Below, in pieces: positions 37,269-46,485 of a stretch of 64,000 nucleotides of DNA. The notes beneath the pieces were generated by a model. The model made no database searches, had not been told where the DNA came from, and saw nothing but the letters and a program-made list of their open reading frames with translations. A program made the position numbers and the translations under genes. The DNA is taken from the IMG/VR virus record IMGVR_UViG_3300033121_000943, positions 7,140 through 71,139 of that record. One strand, written 5' to 3'. Source of the DNA: a virus. Taxonomy: Duplodnaviria; Caudoviricetes. Position 1 is the first letter of the stretch. Each line of letters starts with the position of its first letter.

Positions 37269-38915
37269 TTACACCATCGCTATCGAGTAAACTTTATTAT
37301 CGACAACCATTCTAGGTCCCGCATCCGTAGTATACAGATAGCAGTCCGATGTCAGGTGGTTGTCTGTAACTACCCTTACCCTGGATAGTTCCACAAGGCT
37401 GCGAACATACAACTTACGATCGCCGTCGAACGTAATTAGTAAGTTCTTCTTAGCAACTATTGCGAACGACACGTCGCAATAACCAGGGAGTTCTAACTGA
37501 CTGAACCGAGTGATATCGGCTTCAAAGTCAAAAACGTAAATAGACTGGTAGTACCGTCGTTTCGACTCACTGTGAACCACCAGAACATTCTGCTCTGCCC
37601 GGGCGTTCATTATCTTGTGATCCGACAACTCGCTCAATGGCTTATTGTAGGTACGACCATCATCGCCGAACATCATCGCCCATTTCGTGCTGAAGTCATG
37701 TAAGACTACGCCGTGATAGGTTTTGATTTGTCGACGGTTCTCGGACACGTTCGTCATGAACGAAACGGACAAATCGTTCGTAGGCAAACGGTCGTTGATT
37801 CTCACGCGTGATAGCTTGTTCTTGTAGATGACGTAGGCACGCCCGCTCGCGTAGAACAGACTGTCCGCAGCGATCTCATTGGCACAAGGTATCGATTTCT
37901 TCTTACCGGTTACTTTGGCGCCAGCCATTGTAAGCTCTACCAGTTCGTGTTTTGTCTCCCCGTAAGTCAACACAGACTTATCCCAGAGAACCCACTGACC
38001 GTTCTGGTAGTCGTACGGATCCGACATCAACGTTTCCAGTAATTCCACTTTCAGCGACTTTCCTGAATGCGATACTAAATTCACTCCGGCCTTCACACTC
38101 TTAGACGTTGAGCCCAATCGTTCCGGTGCTGGATCTTTACTATGGCCATTTAACGTATCCTCTAGCCACCTGTTTAATCCGATCGGAATATTACCGAGCG
38201 GACGACATGCCGCGTTGAACTGTGTCTTTGGATCATAACAGCTCACCCGCTTCTTGATACGCTGTGGCATATCGCTGGCACCATCGGTGTAATCCGGATG
38301 ATGCGTAGCGTAAGGATGCATACCTACCCATAGCCAACCAAGTATAACGGCCATGGAAAACCAGTCGGTGCCCTGGCAAAATCGGTCGGCACTGTAATCC
38401 CGTATGCCCGGCTTAATTACAGTTGCAGGGAACGATGGCGTTTGAAACGCCGACGTGTCGATCGCGTAAACGGTATCGAGCTTCTTAGGCACCAGCCAAT
38501 TACAGTCGTTCGGATCGATCATTAGGCATTTGGCATTATGCACGTTCTTCATGATCTCGATCATCCATGCGGAGATCTTTTCACGAAACGGATTATCGAT
38601 GCCGTTGCTCTTACAGAATTTGTTACCGAACAACTGGCAGAGGACGTAGCTGTCGTCGACAAGCTTGGTAACTTCTCCGATCCGTTGATGGGATTTGCCG
38701 TAGAGAAGCTCGATAGGCTTGATTACCCGATCGTCGTTGATCTTGGATAACTCGGCTATCTTCTTCTCCGGCACTGCATTTAACGGGTCGTGGTATACGC
38801 AGTATGCCAAGCCATCTCTACCGTATACCGCTTTCTCCCCGCCTTTGCCGAGGAAGTTGTCGTCTCCCAGTACGATTCGGCTGCCCGACTCACGATAGCA
38901 AGTTAGTGACGTCAT
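37269..38915 (-). CDS. YegI-like Ser/Thr kinase-fold protein (beta3 Lys replaced by Cys) with beta-rich C-terminal domain
   Basis: LGKGGEKAVY, AYCVYH, IDPNDCNWLV, IDTSAFQ, TDWFSMAV..GMHPY. Confidence 0.8.
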   Translation of the reverse strand: MTSLTCYRESGSRIVLGDDNFLGKGGEKAVYGRDGLAYCVYHDPLNAVPEKKIAELSKINDDRVIKPIELLYGKSHQRIGEVTKLVDDSYVLCQLFGNKFCKSNGIDNPFREKISAWMIEIMKNVHNAKCLMIDPNDCNWLVPKKLDTVYAIDTSAFQTPSFPATVIKPGIRDYSADRFCQGTDWFSMAVILGWLWVGMHPYATHHPDYTDGASDMPQRIKKRVSCYDPKTQFNAACRPLGNIPIGLNRWLEDTLNGHSKDPAPERLGSTSKSVKAGVNLVSHSGKSLKVELLETLMSDPYDYQNGQWVLWDKSVLTYGETKHELVELTMAGAKVTGKKKSIPCANEIAADSLFYASGRAYVIYKNKLSRVRINDRLPTNDLSVSFMTNVSENRRQIKTYHGVVLHDFSTKWAMMFGDDGRTYNKPLSELSDHKIMNARAEQNVLVVHSESKRRYYQSIYVFDFEADITRFSQLELPGYCDVSFAIVAKKNLLITFDGDRKLYVRSLVELSRVRVVTDNHLTSDCYLYTTDAGPRMVVDNKVYSIAMV

Positions 38916-39709
38916 TCGATTATGGAAATCCCTGCGATAGAAATGTCATCCTCGTGAACGATACCTTGTGCCGCCAGCTCTCGACACACTCCTTTGAGAT
39001 GTCGAACGCACCATTCGCCACGTAGGCCTTTTATGTCGCGAAACACAGGCAACGCGTCGAACGGCTCGTATTTGGCTGTTCTGAAGGAGAATAGCCCGTC
39101 AGTAACGACCGCCACAGCAGATACCTTGTCGATGTCGAAATATCGAATAACGGGGTACTGCTCTTTTTGCCTTGCTGACGCGTTCAGGTCCACGTCGATA
39201 TCCACGGCGTAAGGCAGCTCGCTCGAACCATCGTGTACGGGATAACGTGGTCTTGCCTCGAACCCGATACGTTCGCCCATGAATTTATTACTGCCCTTCT
39301 CGCAATAAAGAATCGCGCCATCACCGGCCATTACGGCTGCGATCTTGTTGTTTCCGTATAGTTCGACCGAACCGACAGTGGTGTATCTCGCGTGTTTCAC
39401 TCCGGCGTGCACAGCGAAATTGACCAGACTTCTGAGGCGGTGTAGCACGACGGCATTCATCGGCTGGTAATATTCTGCCTTGTCGCACATGTAAGGCACG
39501 ATAGTGGCGCCTGAAGTGAAATGAGCTGCTACGGCCGCAGAACCTAGATCGGTACGAGCGTTCTTGATTCTCTTGCCATCAGCTGAATACACGGCGGAAC
39601 AACCGTCGGCTACACCCGCGATACCGGATGAATTGTGCCCAGAATTATCCTCGCACCGGTCGTGGGAGTGACCTTTCAACGAGAACGAATCGACATAGGT
39701 ACTGGCCAT
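38912..39709 (-). CDS. PP2C-family (YegK-like) phosphatase
   Basis: GHSH..CED, VADG, AGDG, VTDG, EDDIS. Confidence 0.85.
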   Translation of the reverse strand: MASTYVDSFSLKGHSHDRCEDNSGHNSSGIAGVADGCSAVYSADGKRIKNARTDLGSAAVAAHFTSGATIVPYMCDKAEYYQPMNAVVLHRLRSLVNFAVHAGVKHARYTTVGSVELYGNNKIAAVMAGDGAILYCEKGSNKFMGERIGFEARPRYPVHDGSSELPYAVDIDVDLNASARQKEQYPVIRYFDIDKVSAVAVVTDGLFSFRTAKYEPFDALPVFRDIKGLRGEWCVRHLKGVCRELAAQGIVHEDDISIAGISIIE

Positions 39710-39729
39710 AGTTTTACCTTTGATAATTT

Positions 39730-39770
39730 ATGAAAGAAATGAAAGTGCCCCGCGGAAACCCACGGGGCAC
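39730..39770 (-). terminator. probable terminator/attenuator between the vWA and PP2C genes
   Basis: 11-bp stem GTGCCCCGTGG/CCGCGGGGCAC followed by TTTCATTTCTTT on the minus strand. Confidence 0.7.
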
Positions 39771-39789
39771 CACCGAAAGCCAAACAAAG

Positions 39790-40560
39790 CTAGAACGATA
39801 AGTTCTGGCTGACTGCTTGGCTCGGCCCACCAGTACCAACTGCTTGCGACGACGCGGAGATGGATTCGCTAATCGCAAGCCCTAGTTTGGCGATGGTCTT
39901 TTCGTTGGCCTCTTCGATCTTCACGAACGGCCGAGTAAATCCCTGAGCGTGCAAGTCGTTCAGGGCCTGGATGATTTCTCGGTCCTGACCGACGTTGACA
40001 CCGATCAGGAACGAATCGAGAGACTCGAGACATTCCTTTTGGTTGGCTTTCTCGAAAGCCTTACCAACTTCGACGACGTCGGAGAGATCCTTAAATCGAC
40101 CGGCACAGTTCATGCCGTCCGTAACAACGATCACGATCCCGTTGGCAGTGTAACGGTTGTCGTGCAACCGTTTGCCCATGTCCGTGCTCGCTTCGATCGA
40201 CGAGATAGTGGCGTCGAACAACGCTGTGGCGCCGCTAGCGTTGATCGAATCGTAAACGCTGAGATCCGTAATCTGGTTGATCGGCACGAAGCCATGAACC
40301 TCGCGTACGGTCGTGGCAAACGTCACAACACGCAACAACACGTTGTCGCTACGAGGGTTGAACTTCGGGTTGCCGACAGCTTTCACGGCCTCCTTGAGGA
40401 CTTTGATAATGTCCGGCATAAACCGCATAACGCTGGTTGAGCAGTCGATCACCAGCGTTGCCAACGAGTACATGGATTCGTCGAGCGTATCCATTCGTAC
40501 CGCACTGTAACCGAAGTGACCTGCGTTGAGCTGCTCGACGTCGCCTTGAATAATAGGCAT
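39790..40560 (-). CDS. TerY/YegL-like vWA domain protein
   Basis: MIDAS DCSTS, GATALFDA, VVTDG. Confidence 0.85.
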   Translation of the reverse strand: MPIIQGDVEQLNAGHFGYSAVRMDTLDESMYSLATLVIDCSTSVMRFMPDIIKVLKEAVKAVGNPKFNPRSDNVLLRVVTFATTVREVHGFVPINQITDLSVYDSINASGATALFDATISSIEASTDMGKRLHDNRYTANGIVIVVTDGMNCAGRFKDLSDVVEVGKAFEKANQKECLESLDSFLIGVNVGQDREIIQALNDLHAQGFTRPFVKIEEANEKTIAKLGLAISESISASSQAVGTGGPSQAVSQNLSF

Positions 40561-40615
40561 AGAACTCTCCTAAGAAACAAAACTTGAAACTTTGAACAAA
40601 ACGAAATCAACAGAC

Positions 40616-41458
40616 CTAGATGTCAGTCGATTTCATTACTCGCATACCGAGGCCTTTGCCCCAGTCCACGAAATTGGTGCCGAGAAACTCGAGCCCGGCC
40701 ACGCTAGCTGTGCAATCCTCTAGCAATACCACTCGCTTCATGAAATCGGCGCCACCAAGCTTCGCTGCGGCGTCGCGTACCGTGTTGGCCAGACAGTGGC
40801 TCAGAGCCAATCCGCTAGCGAATACCGTCGTGTCTGGATCATCCAGCATGCCAAGGAATTCCATGTTCGTCTGAGTCGATGGATCGTTTGGATCCTCCAC
40901 TTCAGCATGGACAGCACCGAAATGCTCGGTGCGGTAGTTCGAACCCTTGGTGACCTTGCTCGCGAAAGCAAATCGGGTTGTCTCCCAGGCAAACATGCCA
41001 GCCTCGAACTCCGCGTCCATGGCAGCACCTTCTGTACCGATCAAACAGTGCGGAGGCCAGATCATGTGGCTGTATCGCTTGTTTGATTCGAGACTTTCCA
41101 AGTACTTGATGGTCCACGCCGTAAGAGCCGGATTGCGACAAACAACCTTGCCCTTCTCTACAAGGTTGCCCGAGCTATCGTACTGCGACGCGAACATTTC
41201 ACCGCCGCGTGCCTTAATGACGGTAAACGGCGATACGTCAGACCCGTCCGCGTACGTGAACCAGACGGGGTGGGCGATGTGGATCGCATGGTGCTGGTCA
41301 AATGTAACAATCACGTCATCGAAGAAACGCGATGACTTCTTCAACATATCGGCGATATTTTTCATGGCGGCTTTACCGCCAGCCACAGCCAGCTTACCGC
41401 CTTCGCAGAAGTCTCGCTGAGGATCGATTACCAACAATACGTTTCGTTTGTTTCCCAA
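40616..41458 (-). CDS. pncA: nicotinamidase / isochorismatase-family cysteine hydrolase
   Basis: IDPQRDF, DQH..H, WPPHC, VTKG, ALSHC: Asp-Lys-Cys triad and metal ligands present. Confidence 0.85.
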   Translation of the reverse strand: MGNKRNVLLVIDPQRDFCEGGKLAVAGGKAAMKNIADMLKKSSRFFDDVIVTFDQHHAIHIAHPVWFTYADGSDVSPFTVIKARGGEMFASQYDSSGNLVEKGKVVCRNPALTAWTIKYLESLESNKRYSHMIWPPHCLIGTEGAAMDAEFEAGMFAWETTRFAFASKVTKGSNYRTEHFGAVHAEVEDPNDPSTQTNMEFLGMLDDPDTTVFASGLALSHCLANTVRDAAAKLGGADFMKRVVLLEDCTASVAGLEFLGTNFVDWGKGLGMRVMKSTDI

Positions 41459-41459
41459 T

Positions 41460-42467
41460 TTATGCTCCCTGTGCCATTTCTAAGGCTACCTGAAAACCGA
41501 ACTGGTTGGCCGACACGTTGTCGCCAAACCATAGAGATTTGAGTCGGGTATCCGTGGACTTCCCGTACTCCCATGTCAGGTACTCGGAGTACCCGTTGTA
41601 AGCGTGCCAGTAATTACGGCCGGAATTACCTTTACCGGACGTAGCCAACGTAACAATACGGTCCATCACCTTTTGCTGATGTGGCGTAATTTTGTCCTCA
41701 GACTTAATGTCGAGAACTCGCTTGGCGTATTCACGTAGGCTGGCTTTCGTGACGCCCTTCTTAGCTAGTAACGCAAAGTTCTGTGTGTCGAGCTCAAATC
41801 GCTCGGACGCCAGATCCAATGAGGCCGTGATCATCTTCAACGCGTCTTTCATGCCACGCGTATGTTTGATTTTGATCATGTTGCCTTTGCCCACGGCTGC
41901 CGACAGCGTGTTGTAGCAAACAACCCGAATGTTGGTAAAACCATAACTAACCGACAAGGACTGATCATGACTGTGTGCCATCATCATGTACGACTTGACA
42001 GTATCTTTGCCGGTCTCGTTCGAATCGATGGTTTCCTGGCGATTCTTGAGGGCGCCGAGAAACCATACTACCTTGCCGCCGAACAGCGAGCCGCAGGTCT
42101 CGACCTGGACAGATCCGTCTTGAATGAACGGATCGAAGATATTGAGCATCTCTTCGTTCTGTAAGATGTGGTAATCGGGCCCAACAACGCCCAGCATTTC
42201 ATCATTGTCTTCTCTGATGATGACGCCGTGGCCTTTGGTACGCGTCTTCGGCGTCTTATTTGCCGTGGTGTAACTGTTTCCTTGAATAATTACTTCTCGT
42301 CCATTCTCTAGAAAGAATGGTTCTCGTCGGACTCGCCATTTCAGGCCCGAGAGTGTAAGAGCCTCGTCCGCATTCTTTGGTGGCGTCGCTAAGACAACAC
42401 CTTTGCCGTGCCAAGGCGTGATACGGGTCGACAGCATACTGTCTGTTTCAAAAAGATTGTGAGCCAT
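41460..42467 (-). CDS. DUF932 family phage/plasmid protein
   Basis: PWHGKG, LGVVGPDYHILQN, ETCGSLFGG, NIRVVCYNTL, KIKHT, YWHAYNG. Confidence 0.9.
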   Translation of the reverse strand: MAHNLFETDSMLSTRITPWHGKGVVLATPPKNADEALTLSGLKWRVRREPFFLENGREVIIQGNSYTTANKTPKTRTKGHGVIIREDNDEMLGVVGPDYHILQNEEMLNIFDPFIQDGSVQVETCGSLFGGKVVWFLGALKNRQETIDSNETGKDTVKSYMMMAHSHDQSLSVSYGFTNIRVVCYNTLSAAVGKGNMIKIKHTRGMKDALKMITASLDLASERFELDTQNFALLAKKGVTKASLREYAKRVLDIKSEDKITPHQQKVMDRIVTLATSGKGNSGRNYWHAYNGYSEYLTWEYGKSTDTRLKSLWFGDNVSANQFGFQVALEMAQGA

Positions 42468-42479
42468 GGCTCCTCCAGG

Positions 42480-42870
42480 CTAATAAGCCGTACGTATGGA
42501 AAAACACGAATTGTCGGCACAAATTAGTGCCATAGGGAGTGTTGTCCAGCTAAACGCCAAACAACTGCAGCCATAAGCTGCTACGTCGCGATACTCCCAT
42601 ATGCGACGTGCCGATCAAGCCCATAGGTGTTCCTACAGGCTCGATCGACATTTCGTTAGTTCTTTGCCCTCTAGGGGCTAAAAATACCATCCTTGCAACA
42701 AACTCATACGAATCACGCATAAGGCTGTTGGTCGGGTTTTGGGGGTGTGACGCAAGCCATCATCCGTGTCGTGGATGCTGGCCTTTGCGTCCCCCTTACG
42801 GGTTTTATACGCCGCTCTTAGACGGTATCAGTTGTGCTGGCTGGCGACGTGCGTACACGGCATCAGCGAG
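42480..42870 (-). ncRNA. candidate structured RNA, class unknown
   Basis: At least five hand-identified stems with G-U pairs specific to the minus strand; no credible ORF. Confidence 0.5.
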
Positions 42871-42874
42871 AACA

Positions 42875-43381
42875 TTATCTAATACGCAATACCCTGAGCA
42901 GAAGGGTGTCGATGACTAGGCTTGACCATTGCCTAGATATCGACCCATTTAGGAATCTTTTGAAGTGTCGGGTGTCGAAACCAGCTTTAAGCATGGTTTC
43001 CTTAGATTCCTCACACTCGATATCCATTCTCGCATCGCGAGCATATTCGAGTGTTAGCGAGCCGTCATTGAATAATTGCTGTAATTGGTTCTCCTCGACC
43101 AACTGCAAATAGTAGCAATCATGCCAATACTGACGACTCTTAGCGGGACACTGTTTGAAGACCGGTGGCGGAACATAGAAACCCATGTAAGGGAAATCTA
43201 TGTTCGACACCATTGCTTCATAAAAATTGCCTGGACGTTCTCTAACGCCAGCCAATGTAGTTTTTACGTTTAATTCGAAGGCTAACTCTTTGTCGCCTTC
43301 AGCTACTTCCTGGTACAGGCTCACAGGTCTGCCTCGAATGAGGCTTTCGTGTAGCCTGTCCCAATAACGACTTGTCATCAC
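42875..43381 (-). CDS. hypothetical protein
   Basis: 168-aa ORF. Confidence 0.7.
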   Translation of the reverse strand: MMTSRYWDRLHESLIRGRPVSLYQEVAEGDKELAFELNVKTTLAGVRERPGNFYEAMVSNIDFPYMGFYVPPPVFKQCPAKSRQYWHDCYYLQLVEENQLQQLFNDGSLTLEYARDARMDIECEESKETMLKAGFDTRHFKRFLNGSISRQWSSLVIDTLLLRVLRIR

Positions 43382-43515
43382 AATCCATCAATCAAACGGT
43401 TTTTACGCCGGTCGAACACGCTGCTCAACTACTCGGCAACTGTTTGTGTCGTTATGTAAGTCTCTGTAAATCACTGTCGAGCGATGCATACAGATAGGCT
43501 ATCGCTCACCGCCTA

Positions 43516-44502
43516 TCAGTCGAAGTTGTGTGCTTCCAATCGCTTCTTAGCCATGGCTCTCGCGACACCGTCGTTCGGTGCCTTTTGTGCGAAACCATAT
43601 GGAATGTTAAGCGATCGAAGAAGCGAAGCTATCTCTTCCTTGGACATCGTATCCAATGAGTCGATTAGTGCTTGCCTCTTACTAACTTCGTCCACGTTTT
43701 TAAGGCTCGCGGATTTGCCTCCCAGGACCGATAGTCTGCCTTTAGTCAACTTTCCGTTGTGTGTCGGCTGTTCGATCGCTGGCATCGGCTGATTAACCAC
43801 CTCCTCATAAGGCGGTTCTTCAGTCGGTGTTTCCTCCTCTGTTTCCTCTTCTTCCCATTGGCTTACGATTCCCGGTAAGAACGGAGTTTGCTCTTCCTCT
43901 ACATCATGATCCGGCTCTTCGCTAACTACGCCGCCAAATACAGAAGGATCAGACGCTTCGTGATCTTCGTCGTCATCTTCTTCGTCGAAATCTTCGAAGT
44001 TGTCCAACTGAATCGATTCGGCAAACTGCTCAACGTCAGCCTTCTTAACGACGTTTGAATCATCTGGCATAAAAGCTTCTGGAGCCTTTTCAGCCCTGTA
44101 CACCTTTGGCGGGTCTACTGGTGCAACGGCTTCCTCCACCTTGGCAGGTTGCTCGGGCGGTTTCACAACGACAGGTTCGTCTGCTTGACTGGCCTGCAGA
44201 ATAAACGCCATCGCTGCCTCAGTCATGACAATCTTGTGATGACGGAAATTGTAAGCGTACGGAATAGCCGTTAGATCGTCAGATGCCAATAGATCGTGAT
44301 ACGCCGACTCCGTCATGGCATACACCTGTCGAAGAGGCTTAGGGTATATGGCGACGAGACGAACCGATAGTTCGTCCATGCTGTTCGCCGTGCATATCAC
44401 TGTCACCAGTTGAGTGAATCCTAGCTTTGACGATTCAAACGTCGTTAAACCAAGTGTTTTCTCACCGAAACTATTCTCTACCAAATCTATCGTTATCTTC
44501 AT
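43516..44502 (-). CDS. hypothetical protein with acidic disordered middle
   Basis: 328-aa ORF. Confidence 0.75.
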   Translation of the reverse strand: MKITIDLVENSFGEKTLGLTTFESSKLGFTQLVTVICTANSMDELSVRLVAIYPKPLRQVYAMTESAYHDLLASDDLTAIPYAYNFRHHKIVMTEAAMAFILQASQADEPVVVKPPEQPAKVEEAVAPVDPPKVYRAEKAPEAFMPDDSNVVKKADVEQFAESIQLDNFEDFDEEDDDEDHEASDPSVFGGVVSEEPDHDVEEEQTPFLPGIVSQWEEEETEEETPTEEPPYEEVVNQPMPAIEQPTHNGKLTKGRLSVLGGKSASLKNVDEVSKRQALIDSLDTMSKEEIASLLRSLNIPYGFAQKAPNDGVARAMAKKRLEAHNFD

Positions 44503-44509
44503 GTCACGC

Positions 44510-45121
44510 TCACTTAATAGGAAAATTCTCGTCGACGTTTCGCATGGCCACGTTTACCGCTACCAGATCGTACGCACCTTCTATCGACTTTCTGGCCAGC
44601 TTAGATAGCGTGTCCGCCGTAACCATTGGCACGTAAGTGTTTCTCGGAATGTAATGCGGCACGATCATAATGCCGCGTCTTCTGGCCTGGGCTATGCCCT
44701 GCCATAGATGCGGATGCGATCGTCTCTCATATACTTTGATAGGGTCCATTTCTGCCAAGCATTTCCGTACGTACTCCGAGTCCGTAACGATGTGTACGTA
44801 AAACCCATGCTCGAAATGCGGCGGTCTAGTTCGCATGGCATACGACACAACATCGAGCACCGCTCGAGTCTCAGCCTCATTAACGCCGCCAAATGACGCG
44901 GAACCCATCAGGTACTTTATTTGCGACGGTTGTCGCTGAAATATCACCGACGCATAACCTATCGGACGCTCTATCTTACAGCCGGATCCGTCCGTTACTG
45001 CCAACATATGCCACTTCGAGCTAGGGACTCCTAACTTCTGCATTAATGTCTGGGCACTCTTAACCTGTATTTCTTCCTCTACGATTTCTTCTTCTCGTAT
45101 AGGCGGCAATCGTTTTTTCAT
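44510..45121 (-). CDS. ribonuclease H (type I-like)
   Basis: VTDGS, NEAETRA, VTDSEYV, ADTLSK acidic tetrad. Confidence 0.85.
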   Translation of the reverse strand: MKKRLPPIREEEIVEEEIQVKSAQTLMQKLGVPSSKWHMLAVTDGSGCKIERPIGYASVIFQRQPSQIKYLMGSASFGGVNEAETRAVLDVVSYAMRTRPPHFEHGFYVHIVTDSEYVRKCLAEMDPIKVYERRSHPHLWQGIAQARRRGIMIVPHYIPRNTYVPMVTADTLSKLARKSIEGAYDLVAVNVAMRNVDENFPIK

Positions 45122-45137
45122 ACTTACCTCTGATAGG

Positions 45138-45170
45138 TAAAAAAAGAAGAGCCGGTGTAATTACACCGGC
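45138..45170 (-). terminator. probable terminator, perfect 20-bp palindrome GCCGGTGTAATTACACCGGC
   Basis: Followed by TCTTCTTTTTTT on the minus strand. Confidence 0.75.
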
Positions 45171-45201
45171 CCCCTAGTTTATCCGTAACCCAAGCGTTTG
45201 C

Positions 45202-45792
45202 TTAGGTTACAACTTCCGCTTCTTGCAAATCTCGCGAATAAAACACTGGGTTTGCCAACCATACCCAATTCTCAAGTGTTTCCTCTTCCGTCGCGCAGTT
45301 AACTCTTTCGGCTAGGCGATGCAAGGCACCCGCCACGCTTACTTTCACAACCTCTTGCCGAGGAAATAGAAAGAATCGCTTAACTTTCGCCAGAAGACCG
45401 ACGAATATTCGTTCAGCTACTTCTATTTCGAGTTCTGTGTCGACAGGGATCGAATAGCCCTGCTTGACGTTGTCCACCAACCATTCCAGTGCGAGCATGT
45501 CTGCCTGCATGTTGATGTAGTGGACAGTCATCGATTTGATAATGGCGATGTCCAGAGCACACAGAATCGCTTCTGGTAGATTTGCGACGTCAGGAATTTG
45601 CCTGCCATCATACGGTTCGTTGTAAAACAAACCTTTCATCTGCTGCCGAACTTTTTCCGTAGTCCAAGTTGGAGCATACGGTTCGACCAACTCAAGACTA
45701 TCGAGATGTGTTCCTGCGAGCCGACTTTGTGGATCTTTCGATCCAAACAAAATCATGCTGCAAAACAATTTTGCTAAACGTGAATTTTCCAT
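45202..45792 (-). CDS. hypothetical protein
   Basis: 196-aa ORF with GGAG SD. Confidence 0.75.
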   Translation of the reverse strand: MENSRLAKLFCSMILFGSKDPQSRLAGTHLDSLELVEPYAPTWTTEKVRQQMKGLFYNEPYDGRQIPDVANLPEAILCALDIAIIKSMTVHYINMQADMLALEWLVDNVKQGYSIPVDTELEIEVAERIFVGLLAKVKRFFLFPRQEVVKVSVAGALHRLAERVNCATEEETLENWVWLANPVFYSRDLQEAEVVT

Positions 45793-45832
45793 TTTCGAGC
45801 TCCATAGATTTAGGTGGGCGTGAAATTTCCTA

Positions 45833-45865
45833 TCTCTATGTAGCGCTGGCGGTACCGAAATTAAG
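45833..45865 (-). promoter_or_regulatory. bipartite motif CTTAAT-N16-CTACATA-G-AGA, copy 2
   Basis: Same spacing as the copies at 12262 and 60199. Confidence 0.7.
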
Positions 45866-46409
45866 CGTTATTTTTTCGGCGTCGCATGAACTTATTCGTC
45901 TTAAATTGATTTCGTAACGCACTCTTTTCCTTAGAGTAAGTCTTGTACCAGGATTCAAGTGTCGAGCTGATCCTGATCTTGTGCCTGTTCAACGTCTGTA
46001 CCACTAACGCTAAACGCTTGTCCGACAACCGATTGATACCGAGCAGATCGGCCGGCGTCGCGTTCGCCACCGCACGAACAATCTTGTACCCAGCTTTATC
46101 CAGAAGCTCTGTCATGGCGCAGTCGAATATCGTGGCGACGCTCGATTCCGGATCTACGCCCTTTATGAATTCACTTTCGTAATCCTGCTGATACTCTCGC
46201 AGTAAGGCGACGGCTTTATCGAAATGACCTCTCGCCACCATGATTTCGAGACGTCGGATCATGGACTCGCGATTAGATTTGTCTCGCTCCAAAGCCGTTT
46301 CGTAACTCTCTTCCGAGTAACACGTCTGGCTTCGTCTGTCCTGCATAGCTGTAAGCGGTATGACGCTGATCTCGACAGGCCTCGACCTACTGGCGTATGA
46401 TTCGCTCAT
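45861..46409 (-). CDS. protein with RNA-polymerase alpha-CTD-like helix-hairpin-helix domain
   Basis: LLDKAGYKIVRAVANATPADLLGINRLSDKRLALVVQTL parallels the alpha-CTD pattern. Confidence 0.5.
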   Translation of the reverse strand: MSESYASRSRPVEISVIPLTAMQDRRSQTCYSEESYETALERDKSNRESMIRRLEIMVARGHFDKAVALLREYQQDYESEFIKGVDPESSVATIFDCAMTELLDKAGYKIVRAVANATPADLLGINRLSDKRLALVVQTLNRHKIRISSTLESWYKTYSKEKSALRNQFKTNKFMRRRKNNA

Positions 46410-46485
46410 TTGCTGCTTTCTTTATTTACACGATGAAACGTCTAGGACAATGATACGCACGCTGCCAACCACGGACATGCCCGTA

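Noticed and set aside
42480-42870. tmRNA, RNase P RNA, group I/II intron or a confident c-di-GMP-I riboswitch call
   Set aside because: No T-loop/acceptor end, no GAGGAAAGUC, no intron core motifs; the riboswitch similarity is partial and competes with a perfect alternative stem
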